From an uncultured Verrucomicrobiota bacterium (GTDB lineage: Bacteria; Verrucomicrobiota; Verrucomicrobiia; Limisphaerales; J093), in assembly GCA_964411985.1 (NCBI GenBank), contig CAYPNF010000016.1, forward strand, positions 26,725 to 90,724: a stretch of 64,000 nt of DNA, in the 5' to 3' direction. The notes beneath the pieces are model-generated. The model was given only the letters and a program-made list of their open reading frames with translations. It was not told the origin of the DNA and did no database searches. Within the stretch, counting starts at the first letter, position 1, and the number at the start of each line of letters is the position of its first letter. Shown piece after piece: positions 44,511-52,923 of this stretch. A program made the translations under genes and the position numbers.

Positions 44511-44640
44511 CTTAGGGGTCATCTCTACCTCCGACATTTAGGCTACGTTTTCCATCGTTCGTAATGGTCTGCACATGGCCGGAGACTATCCCACCACCTC
44601 CACGTCGTCCACTGTCGACTATCGAGATGACCCCGTAGGG
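44511..44640. repeat. ~130-bp repeat element, copy B, with perfect 11-bp terminal inverted repeats (MITE-like or structured-RNA-like)
   Basis: GGGGTCATCTC (44515-44525) pairs with GAGATGACCCC (44624-44634), and flanking bases extend the stem with one bulge. It lies 21 nt upstream of the start codon of giant gene C. Confidence 0.85.
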
Positions 44641-44716
44641 TACAATACTGCAGCTTTTGGACCCTCACTTCTTCTGACAAGTCGACTCACGATTATCGGA
44701 CTGCCCCTGGTGAGAG

Positions 44717-45290
44717 CCACTCCGTAGCCGCGCTAGTGAGAGAGCGCTGGAATTGGAAATCTTCATCGCACACTTTGTCCTCCCACTTTGTCGATTCTGC
44801 AATCTTCGCGCACGGAAGAGGGCCGACGGGATTTGACAGGATGGGATTCCTGTAACTGGTGGGCGATGGCTCGCTGAGCCGTCGCAGCCAGGCGAACGAA
44901 GGGGAAAGAGCATGAAGAACCCGGAAGCGGCGGAAGGAAGAAACGAAGTGTGAGAATCAGTGTGGGACGAAGGCTCGGCATCGCCGCTGTGAAGTCTTCG
45001 TCTCACACTTCGTCAAATCCATCTGGGGGATGAAAACCATCGACAAAGTGGGAGGACAAAGTGTGCGATGAAGTCCGGGAATCGGAGTGCGCCTTCTGCC
45101 GAAGGCGACAACCTCCCACTGAGTAGCCGCGCTCGTGAGAGAGCGCTGAATTGGAGATCTTCGTCGCACACTTTGTCGTCCCACTTAGTCGGTTTCCATC
45201 CAGGAAACGCGATCGACTCAGTGTAGGACTAAGTGTGCGATTAAGGCTGGAAGGGGAAAGAGAATGCGCCTTCTGCCGAAGACGGCTACG
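44717..45290. repeat. Cluster of nested inverted and direct repeats built on a CACACTT(T/C)GTC-type unit (REP/MITE-like)
   Basis: ~78-bp direct repeat 44717-44794 / 45116-45191. Perfect 35-bp inverted pair 44761-44795 / 45039-45073. Inner 13-bp inverted pair 44943-44955 / 45001-45013. Imperfect ~30-bp inverted pair 45160-45190 / 45214-45245. GGGGAAAGAG(C/A)ATG and GCGCCTTCTGCCGAAG motifs recur. Confidence 0.85.
44761..45073. mobile_element. 313-bp non-coding unit bounded by perfect 35-bp terminal inverted repeats (candidate MITE)
   Basis: CTTCATCGCACACTTTGTCCTCCCACTTTGTCGAT at 44761-44795 is the exact reverse complement of 45039-45073. No credible ORF lies inside. Mobility itself is not demonstrated. 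Confidence 0.4.
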
Positions 45291-45347
45291 CGGTCCCCAC
45301 TCTGCGGGCTTGCCAGGCAGGCGGGGATCCATGAGATTGAAAGGGCT

Positions 45348-46616
45348 GTGGTTATCGAGATCATCAACACCGGCAGCGAGCTGATGCTGGGCCGGGTGCT
45401 TAACACTCACCAGCAGTGGCTCTGCCGCCAACTTTCGGACGCTGGTTACCTGGTGGAACGTCAGGTGGCGGTCGCCGACACTTCCTCCACCATTGAACAA
45501 GCCGTCAGGGACGCTCTGCCTCGCGCGGACCTCATCATCACCACGGGTGGGCTCGGGCCGACTTCAGACGATCTTACCCGGGATGTGATCGCCGCGCTGT
45601 TTGGCCGTTCTTTGCGGGAGGATGCCCAGGTCAAAGAGAAAATCGAAGGCTGGTTCCGGTCACGCAACCGTCCGTTGGTTCTTTCCACGCTCATTCAGGC
45701 CCAGGTGCCCGAGGGTGCCGTGGTGCTGTATAATGGTCATGGCACGGCGCCGGGGCTGATCCTCGAGGGTGGTTTTCCCGACGCCCGAGGGCGGCTGCGG
45801 ACGGTTCGCCTTGCCATGTTGCCTGGCCCGCCCCGGGAACTGAAACCCATGTTCACCCAGCAACTGATGCCTTGGATTCAGCAGACTTTCCCCCTCGCCG
45901 CCGAGTATGCTTGCCGGACACTGCGATCGACGGCGATGGGCGAATCCATGGTCCAGGAGCTGATCGCGCCCCCCTTGGCCAACCTGGTACGTGAGGGTCT
46001 GGACGTCGGCTACTGCGCCCGAACGGGCGAGGTGGACATTCGACTCTCCAAACGCGGAGCGAACGCGAAAAAGGAGGTGGATGAGGCCATCGAGATCGTT
46101 CGCAAGTTGGTCTCCAATCATGTGTTCGGCGAGGAGGAGGAATCGCTGGAATCCGTGGTGGTGCGTTTGCTTCGGGAGAAGCGGCTGACGGTGGCGACTG
46201 CGGAGTCGTGCACCGGCGGACGGCTGGCGAGCCGCATCACGGACGTGCCTGGAGCCTCCGAAGTTTTCGTTGGGGGGGCCGTGACCTACAGCAACGAGCT
46301 GAAAATGGACCTCCTCGGCGTACGGTCGGAGACGCTCGCTGCCCACGGCGCCGTGAGTGAGGCCGTGGTGCGGGAGATGGCCGAAGGCGCCCGGACTCGA
46401 TTCCGCAGCGATTTCGCTTTGGCGCTGACCGGCATTGCCGGTCCGGCGGGAGGCACGGCGGACAAACCCGTGGGTACCGTGTTCATGGCCTTGGCTTCGC
46501 AGGCGGGCACGGAGGTGCTGAAGCAGACCAATACCTACGACCGCGAGACGTTCAAGCAAGTCTCCAGCCAGCAGGCGTTGGATATGCTCCGGCGCCGTCT
46601 GGTGTCCCCGGCTTGA
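45348..46616 (+). CDS. cinA: CinA-family competence/damage-inducible protein (NMN amidohydrolase PncC-type, two-domain)
   Basis: GTG 45348 gives the canonical N-terminus (M)VIEIINTGSELMLGRVLNTHQQWL. MoCF domain: TTGGLGPTSDDLTRD. C-terminal CinA domain: TVATAESCTGGRLASRITDVPGAS..FVGGAVTYSNE. An in-frame ATG at 45264 exists, but it lies inside the repeat cluster. Confidence 0.85.
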   Translation: MVIEIINTGSELMLGRVLNTHQQWLCRQLSDAGYLVERQVAVADTSSTIEQAVRDALPRADLIITTGGLGPTSDDLTRDVIAALFGRSLREDAQVKEKIEGWFRSRNRPLVLSTLIQAQVPEGAVVLYNGHGTAPGLILEGGFPDARGRLRTVRLAMLPGPPRELKPMFTQQLMPWIQQTFPLAAEYACRTLRSTAMGESMVQELIAPPLANLVREGLDVGYCARTGEVDIRLSKRGANAKKEVDEAIEIVRKLVSNHVFGEEEESLESVVVRLLREKRLTVATAESCTGGRLASRITDVPGASEVFVGGAVTYSNELKMDLLGVRSETLAAHGAVSEAVVREMAEGARTRFRSDFALALTGIAGPAGGTADKPVGTVFMALASQAGTEVLKQTNTYDRETFKQVSSQQALDMLRRRLVSPA

Positions 46617-46628
46617 ATTTGCCCCTCG

Positions 46629-48350
46629 TCAGCCCGGAAACGGCGCTGCGCAGACGAACGGCTGATCGCGATCCTCGAAGGAGGCCAACGGCAGGAAGGG
46701 GCCATCGATGCAGGACAACTGCCCGCTGGGAGCGGCGCACTTGCCGCAGATCCCGACGCCGCAGCTGGTCATATACTCCACCGCGCCGAGAATCCTCTCG
46801 CGGGGCGCGTACCTCAGCTGCATCTGGGCGCAGGCGCGAATCATCGGGTACGGGCCGCAGTTGATGAAGCCCCATTCGCGCGCGGACCCACCCTGAACCG
46901 CTTCGCGGAGAGCCTCCGTGACCAGGCCCGTCTTCCCCAGTGAACCGTCGTTAGTCGCTATGACAACTCGGCCGAGTTTGGAGAATTCATCCAAGCCGAA
47001 CACATCATGCCGGGACCGCCCGCCCAGAACGAATGTCAGGGGCGTTATCCCGGCGAGCCGGTGACCGATCTCCAGCAGCGACGCGATGCCCGTGCCTCCC
47101 CCTACCAAGACGTGTTCCGTGCAGCCCTCGATGGGTTGCACGGGCCGGCCATAGGGGCCGCGCAGGAGGATTTCGGTCCCCGCTGGGACTCCGGCCAGGT
47201 GCTTCGTGAATACCCCTACGACCTTGATCACCATGCTTCGTTCTCGCGACGAGAAGACCGCGAAGGGCTTTTCACCGACGCCGGGGATGCACAGGAAGTA
47301 GTAACGTCCGGAAAGGTCTCCGTCCTTAGGATCGCCAGGTAGCCGGTCGAGCCGCAACTCCACCAGCTCCTCGCTATGCTGAATACGGCTCTCTACGCGG
47401 GCGCGATGGTATTGCATGGAGACTGCCGTATCGGCGCAGTCACTTCCCAGCGTGGTTTCGACTCCGTCGGCCACCTCCCGCTGCAATCTTCCCATGAAGG
47501 TGCGCATGGTGGGGCTGTCCATTCCCGTGAGCGCGCTCCCGACACCGAACAGGTCCGCCCCTGCCGCCCGATACTGCCGCACATGCTCCGCGGTGCCGAT
47601 CCCACCCATCCCGATGATGACGGGACCGACCCCGATGGCCTCCCGCACCCTGCGCACGGCTTGGATGCCCAGTGGCCGGATGGCGTTGCCCGAAAGACCA
47701 CCCACTTTGTTGCTGAGGATCGGCTCGGTCCCCACCAGCACGGTCGAAGGGCCGATCGTATTGCTGACCGTAATCCCGACTGCGCCCGCCTCCATGGCAG
47801 CCCGGGCAGTAGGGCCCAGGGTGGTGATCGTCGCCGAGAGCTTCACCATGACCGGCAGACCGGAGATTCGGTGTACTTCCTTCGTAATGGCCGCCACCAA
47901 CTCCTGGTCCTGGCCGATCTGGATGCCGTAGCCGGCGGCATGAGGACAAGACATGTTCAACTCAAAGCCGTCCGCCACCGGGGTCAGGATCCGCGCTGCC
48001 TCGGCGAACTCCGCCAGATCCGCGCCAAAGATCGACACCAGCAGGAACCGGTCCTTGGGGATCGCGATACGTTCCAGCTCGGCTCGGAAAGCCTCAGCCC
48101 CCGGGTTGGCCAACCCCACCGCGTTGATGTAAGAACCTGGCGAGAATCGCGCGTAAATCGGCTCGCGATAGCCTAAACGGGGCCGGGCGCTCAAGCTCTT
48201 GGTGGTGATGACCCCAAATTCATCGGTCTCCGCCCAGCACTGTTGGATCGTGCTCGCCCGCGTGCAGCGGATGCCAGAGGGAATGACGAAGCGCCCACGC
48301 ACACGCTTCCCACCCAGATCGAACGGTTTGAGGTAAAACTCATCAGACAT
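46629..48350 (-). CDS. pyrD: Fused dihydroorotate dehydrogenase: class-1 PyrD catalytic domain (N-terminal) plus PyrK-like FAD/[2Fe-2S] electron-transfer domain (C-terminal)
   Basis: PyrD blocks: INAVGLANPG, ELNMSCPHA (catalytic Cys), VMVKLS, GGLSGNAIRP, GMGGIGT. PyrK-like blocks: LVGGGTGIASLLEI and the C-terminal cluster motif CGVGICGKC....C. ATG 48350 (MSDEFYLKPF) is preferred over the open-frame top at 48452. Confidence 0.8.
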   Translation of the reverse strand: MSDEFYLKPFDLGGKRVRGRFVIPSGIRCTRASTIQQCWAETDEFGVITTKSLSARPRLGYREPIYARFSPGSYINAVGLANPGAEAFRAELERIAIPKDRFLLVSIFGADLAEFAEAARILTPVADGFELNMSCPHAAGYGIQIGQDQELVAAITKEVHRISGLPVMVKLSATITTLGPTARAAMEAGAVGITVSNTIGPSTVLVGTEPILSNKVGGLSGNAIRPLGIQAVRRVREAIGVGPVIIGMGGIGTAEHVRQYRAAGADLFGVGSALTGMDSPTMRTFMGRLQREVADGVETTLGSDCADTAVSMQYHRARVESRIQHSEELVELRLDRLPGDPKDGDLSGRYYFLCIPGVGEKPFAVFSSRERSMVIKVVGVFTKHLAGVPAGTEILLRGPYGRPVQPIEGCTEHVLVGGGTGIASLLEIGHRLAGITPLTFVLGGRSRHDVFGLDEFSKLGRVVIATNDGSLGKTGLVTEALREAVQGGSAREWGFINCGPYPMIRACAQMQLRYAPRERILGAVEYMTSCGVGICGKCAAPSGQLSCIDGPFLPLASFEDRDQPFVCAAPFPG

Positions 48351-48511
48351 GCCCGCCACCCTACACACACCCCGCCGCCGAAGCAACCCCATGGCTACAC
48401 CCCACCCCACCCTCTCGCACCCCCCCCGCGTAGAGACCATATAGATGGCCACAGGGGCATCCTAGCCAGTGAATGGAGTATTGGATATGGTTGACCAGAT
48501 CCCGGCCTTCT

Positions 48512-48540
48512 GCGGAATTTGAGTGTCGCGGAATTTGAGT
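48512..48540. promoter_or_regulatory. Direct repeat GCGGAATTTGAGT x2 in the divergent pyrD/U32 promoter region (possible operator)
   Basis: Identical 13-mers at 48512-48524 and 48528-48540, separated by 3 nt. A related TGGATTCGCGGA follows. Function unknown. Confidence 0.2.
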
Positions 48541-48622
48541 TGGATTCGCGGAGGGCTCTGTTAGGTTGAGGATGTCGCTCTGGCGCCTGCCGGCGCCCCG
48601 AGGGACCCGTGTGATAGACGTC

Positions 48623-51211
48623 ATGAGCGATAGGAAACATGTGCCTGAGTTGCTGGCCCCCGCCGGCGACTGGGAGTGCGCCAAGGCGGCGATCGAAAAC
48701 GGCGCGGACGCCATCTATTTCGGTCTGGACCGCTTCAACGCCCGCATGCGCGCCCACAATTTCACCGCAGCCGACCTCCCCGCTCTCATGGAGTATCTGC
48801 ACCGGCGGGGCGCCAAGGGTTACCTGGGACTGAATACCCTGGTCTTCGCTGACGAGATGCGGGACGCCGAAGAACTGCTCCGTACCGTCATCGCCGCCGG
48901 GGTGGACGCGGTCATTGTGCAGGATGTGGGCCTTTGCCGGCTCATTCGGCAGTTGTCACCCGATTTTCCGATCCACGCCTCCACCCAGATGACGGTGAGC
49001 AGCGCGGCAGGGGTGGAATTCGCCCGGAAGTTGGGTTGCAGTCTGGTGGTGCTCGCCCGGGAATGCTCGGTTGCGGACATCGAGAAAATCCAGGCATCTC
49101 AGACGGCAACCATGGGAGAAGTCGGCGGGCGGCCTGCCCTGCCGCTGGAGATCTTCGTCCATGGCGCTCTCTGCGTTGCGTATTCGGGCCAGTGCCTGAC
49201 GAGCGAATCCTTGGGGGGGCGTTCGGCCAATCGTGGGGAATGCGCCCAAGCCTGCCGGTTGCCCTACGAGTTGATTGCGGACGGCAAGCCAGTGCCCCTG
49301 GGAGACCGCCGGTATCTCTTGAGTCCGCAGGACTTGGCTGGCTTGGAGCTACTCCCGCAAATCGTGAAGGCAGGCGTAGCGTCGCTGAAAATTGAAGGAC
49401 GCCTGAAGTCCGCCGAATATGTCGCCAATATCACTCAGGTCTACCGCAAAGCCATCGACCGTTTGGCGGCACCTTCAGGCCTACTTGCGGAAGGGCAGGA
49501 AGGCACAGTGTCGGCCAAGGATCGTTATCACTTGGAGATGGCTTTTTCCCGCGGCCTGCATACCGGTTGGTTGGAGGGAGTGAACAACCAGAAACTTGTC
49601 CATGGCCGGTTCGGCAAGAAACGCGGGGTTCTTCTGGGCCGGGTCCAGCGGATCCAAGGCGAAAGGGTCGTGATGGAATTGGAAGCGGCCGTGAAGCCCG
49701 GCGATGGCGTGGTGTTCGACCATGGGAAGCCGGACGAAGACGAGGAAGGTGGGCGAGTCTATACTGTGGACTTCCAGCCGCGCCCCTCCGTTCCGGATTC
49801 AGGCCCAAGCCCTGGCCGGCCGCGCGTTGCGTTGCTGGGCTTTGGCCAAGGCGACATCAACCTGACTCGGGTGCACGTGGGCGACCGGCTCTGGAAAACC
49901 AACGACCCGGAATTGGACCGTCAATTGCGCCAGACTTACGAGGGGGATCAGATACGGTACCAAAGGCCTGTCCACATGGAGATCCAGGGTGAAGCGGGAG
50001 GTCCTTTAACCTTAGTGGTACGGGATGAACTTGGGCGAATTGTCCGCGGAGAGTCACAACCGCCGCTCGTGGTAGCCACGAACCAGCCCCTGACGACGGA
50101 TCGCCTTCAATCACAGTTCGGCCGGCTCGGGGGCACTCCCTTTCGGCTGGAAAGGCTCGAAAACCGGCTGCAGGGCCCGGTCATCCTGCCCGTGAGCGAG
50201 CTCAACCGACTCCGCCGGGAGGTGATTGCCCAGCTGGAGGCGTTGCGCGCGAAGCCCCTTCGCTGGAAACTGAATCCCGCTCCCGGGCGGCTGAAGTGTC
50301 CGGACCCAACGACTACATCTACGACCCCGGTGACCCTCATTCCTTTGGTTCGAACTCTGGGTCAGCTCGATGCGGTGTTGGCACTGGCGTTGCCCGTGGT
50401 CTACTGCGAACTCGAAGACCCCAAGAAATATCGCGAAGCCACCGCCCGCGTGCGGGAGGCTCGCCCCCAGGCGCCCGATTCGTGTCGAACTCAACTCTTC
50501 GTCGCTCCCCCTCGTATCACGCGTCCCGGCGAGGATTGGATGCTCAAGCAAGTGCGTTCCGCGGAAGCGGATGGCTACCTGGTGCGGAACTACGACCACC
50601 TGAGCTTCTTTCGAGGCTGCCGATGTGTCGCTGACTTCTCCTATAACATCGCCAACGCCCTCGCAGCCGAATTCTTCATTCGCGAGTGTGGCGTGGAACG
50701 AGTCACCGCTTCTTACGATCTGAATAGCGCCCAACTCGAAGCGTTGCTGGTTTCGGCCCCTCCGTCCTGGTTCGAGCTAACGATTCATCAGCACATGCCC
50801 ATGTTCCACATGGAGCATTGCGTCTTTTGCGCTTTTCTCTGCTCCGGTACCGATTACACGAATTGCGGCCGGCCTTGTGACCGGCATGAGCTCAAGCTGC
50901 GAGACAGGGTGGGAGCCGAGCATCCCGTGAAAGCGGATGCAGGATGCCGCAATACCGTCTACAACTCCCGAGCCCAGACCGGCGCGGAATACGTGCACCG
51001 TTTCATGGAACTGGGCGTCCGGCACCTGCGCCTCGAGTTTGTGCAGGAGACCGCCGAAGAAGTGCTCCAAACCATCGACCGCTATCAGCGGCTGATTCGG
51101 GGTCAATTGAAGGGACACGAGCTCTGGCGCGAGCTCAAGCTGCACAACCAGCTGGGTGTAACCCGAGGTCCCCTCGATCGCGGGCAGCGTCCCCTCACGG
51201 TTCTACCCTAA
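48623..51211 (+). CDS. Long (two-module) peptidase U32 family protein
   Basis: PELLAPAGDWECAKAAIENGADAIYFG..., IHASTQM, and the Cys-rich block HGALCVAYSGQCLTSESLGGRSANRGECAQACR. A second U32-like module sits near the C-terminus (HQHMPMFHMEHCVFCAF...CGRPC). The start is ATG 48623 (MSDRKHV). Confidence 0.85.
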   Translation: MSDRKHVPELLAPAGDWECAKAAIENGADAIYFGLDRFNARMRAHNFTAADLPALMEYLHRRGAKGYLGLNTLVFADEMRDAEELLRTVIAAGVDAVIVQDVGLCRLIRQLSPDFPIHASTQMTVSSAAGVEFARKLGCSLVVLARECSVADIEKIQASQTATMGEVGGRPALPLEIFVHGALCVAYSGQCLTSESLGGRSANRGECAQACRLPYELIADGKPVPLGDRRYLLSPQDLAGLELLPQIVKAGVASLKIEGRLKSAEYVANITQVYRKAIDRLAAPSGLLAEGQEGTVSAKDRYHLEMAFSRGLHTGWLEGVNNQKLVHGRFGKKRGVLLGRVQRIQGERVVMELEAAVKPGDGVVFDHGKPDEDEEGGRVYTVDFQPRPSVPDSGPSPGRPRVALLGFGQGDINLTRVHVGDRLWKTNDPELDRQLRQTYEGDQIRYQRPVHMEIQGEAGGPLTLVVRDELGRIVRGESQPPLVVATNQPLTTDRLQSQFGRLGGTPFRLERLENRLQGPVILPVSELNRLRREVIAQLEALRAKPLRWKLNPAPGRLKCPDPTTTSTTPVTLIPLVRTLGQLDAVLALALPVVYCELEDPKKYREATARVREARPQAPDSCRTQLFVAPPRITRPGEDWMLKQVRSAEADGYLVRNYDHLSFFRGCRCVADFSYNIANALAAEFFIRECGVERVTASYDLNSAQLEALLVSAPPSWFELTIHQHMPMFHMEHCVFCAFLCSGTDYTNCGRPCDRHELKLRDRVGAEHPVKADAGCRNTVYNSRAQTGAEYVHRFMELGVRHLRLEFVQETAEEVLQTIDRYQRLIRGQLKGHELWRELKLHNQLGVTRGPLDRGQRPLTVLP

Positions 51212-51224
51212 TGGGCGGTCCGTC

Positions 51225-52892
51225 ATGAAGCCAGAAGCGCCAAAGAACCGCCCGGGTAAACCGAAGACCGCTCGACCTCCGGGAGCGATCATCGCTTCCC
51301 CACGCGCCTCCCAACCCCTGGTGAGCTTCCATGGCTGCGTTTTTGAGACCGAAGAACGCCGCGTCCTGAGCGTTCCGGTTTGGGAGTGGCATCCAGGCCA
51401 GAATTGGGCGGTGCTGGGGCCCTTACGCTCAGGAAAGTCCCTGTTTGCGGCAGCGGTGGCAGGAAGGACCCTTCCCGCCCGGGGTGAAGTGGTGCACAAA
51501 TTGCCCTCAACCTTGCAGGAGGCTGATCCCGCACCGGAGCAAGCAATCGCCCACCTCTCCTCGCTCGCACAGCACGATCTGTTGGCTCAGGAGAGCTCTT
51601 TTCATCAGGCCCGCTGGCATAGTGGAATGGAGGAAGGGTCCTCCACCGTGGCTTCCTACCTGTCGCAGGAAGCGGTCGAGGGGATTCACCCGTTCGAAAT
51701 TCAGGCACGAGCGCCCTCCTCTCGGGCCTTTGACCTGCGGCGCCAGAAAGTCCTGCGGGAATTGGGCCTCTCGCCCCTGCTGCGCCGCCGCATCCTGCAT
51801 CTGTCCAACGGGGAACGTCAGAAACTCCTGCTCGCCCGAATGCTGTTGCGGAACCCAAGTCTCCTGGTGCTCGACAGCCCGTTCGCAGGGTTGGATACAA
51901 CCATGCGTCCACGTTTAGAGAAGTACATCGATCAGCTCATCCGTGACGGTTTGCCGACCATGCTGGTCACCAGTCGCCTTGATGAAGTCCCCTCCGGCAT
52001 CAGTCATGTGATCCTCCTGAACCGGGGTCGGGTGGTGGCCCTAGGGCCGCGCGAACAAGTCTGGCCTCGGTGTGTCCAGCTACTCAAGCCCGGTGCATCC
52101 GGCATCCAGTGCAAGCAAGGGAAGCCCTCTCGCCAATCTTCCCCGCAACCGTCCCGTCCGATCCTGGAGATGATGGACGTGACGATCCGCGGTGCTGGAA
52201 GGCTCCTTTTGCAGAAGGTGACCTGGACCGTCCGCACCGGAGAACACTGGGTGTTGTTTGGCCATAACGGCGCGGGCAAGACCACATTGCTGAGTCTGAT
52301 TCAGGGAGACCACCCCCAAGTCTACTCCCAACAGGTCCGGCTGTTTGGCAAACCGCTTGGCTCTACCCAGACGCTCTGGAGGCTCCGGCAGAGCATCGGC
52401 TCGATGTCGCCCGAGCTGTTGCTGCATTATCCTCCCGGTTGGAGCTGTCTGCAGGTGGTATGCTCTGGTTTCTTCCAATCGGTTGGACTGCACCAAGCCT
52501 GTTCACGGTCTCAAAGCGCCTCGGCCCGGGCTTGGCTCGTCCGATTTGGCTTGGGTCGGTTCCTCCACGAACCCATTGGGGCACTTCCCCTCGGCCTTCA
52601 GCGGTTGGTCCTGCTGGCACGCGCAGCGGTTCGGAAGCCACGGTTGTTGATTCTCGACGAACCCTGCCTGGGCCTCGACCCTGGACAGCGAAAGCGTTTC
52701 CTCGAAACCGTAGACCAGATCGTCCATCGCACCGGCGCCACACTCCTCCTGGTCTCGCATCACCATGCCGAATTGCCCTCCTGTATCACGCACAGCCTGG
52801 AACTGCGCCGTGGGCGGATCTCCCATATCAGAGAGTGCCCCCAAGCTTCCAAATCTCCGAGTTGCCTCCCGAGTGACATCCAGGTATCCTGA
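51225..52892 (+). CDS. Tandem-domain ABC ATPase without an adjacent permease (ModF-like)
   Basis: Two nucleotide-binding domains. Walker A: GPLRSGKS and GHNGAGKTT. Signatures: LSNGERQKLLLAR and a degenerate PLGLQRLVLLAR. Walker B: LLVLDSP and LLILDEP. Confidence 0.75.
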   Translation: MKPEAPKNRPGKPKTARPPGAIIASPRASQPLVSFHGCVFETEERRVLSVPVWEWHPGQNWAVLGPLRSGKSLFAAAVAGRTLPARGEVVHKLPSTLQEADPAPEQAIAHLSSLAQHDLLAQESSFHQARWHSGMEEGSSTVASYLSQEAVEGIHPFEIQARAPSSRAFDLRRQKVLRELGLSPLLRRRILHLSNGERQKLLLARMLLRNPSLLVLDSPFAGLDTTMRPRLEKYIDQLIRDGLPTMLVTSRLDEVPSGISHVILLNRGRVVALGPREQVWPRCVQLLKPGASGIQCKQGKPSRQSSPQPSRPILEMMDVTIRGAGRLLLQKVTWTVRTGEHWVLFGHNGAGKTTLLSLIQGDHPQVYSQQVRLFGKPLGSTQTLWRLRQSIGSMSPELLLHYPPGWSCLQVVCSGFFQSVGLHQACSRSQSASARAWLVRFGLGRFLHEPIGALPLGLQRLVLLARAAVRKPRLLILDEPCLGLDPGQRKRFLETVDQIVHRTGATLLLVSHHHAELPSCITHSLELRRGRISHIRECPQASKSPSCLPSDIQVS

Positions 52893-52923
52893 ACACCACC
52901 GGCAGTAGCGGGCCGGAGCACCC

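Noticed and set aside
44717-45290. Possible CRISPR array
   Set aside because: The repeat units alternate in orientation, have irregular spacing and unequal lengths, and form nested palindromes. No cas genes are in the window.
44665-45500. ORFs of 113 aa (44665..45006 -) and 165 aa (45003..45500 -) across the repeat cluster
   Set aside because: Their sequence is dictated by the inverted and direct repeats (repeated ...KISNS..., ...TLS.HFV... peptides). There is no start context and no domain.
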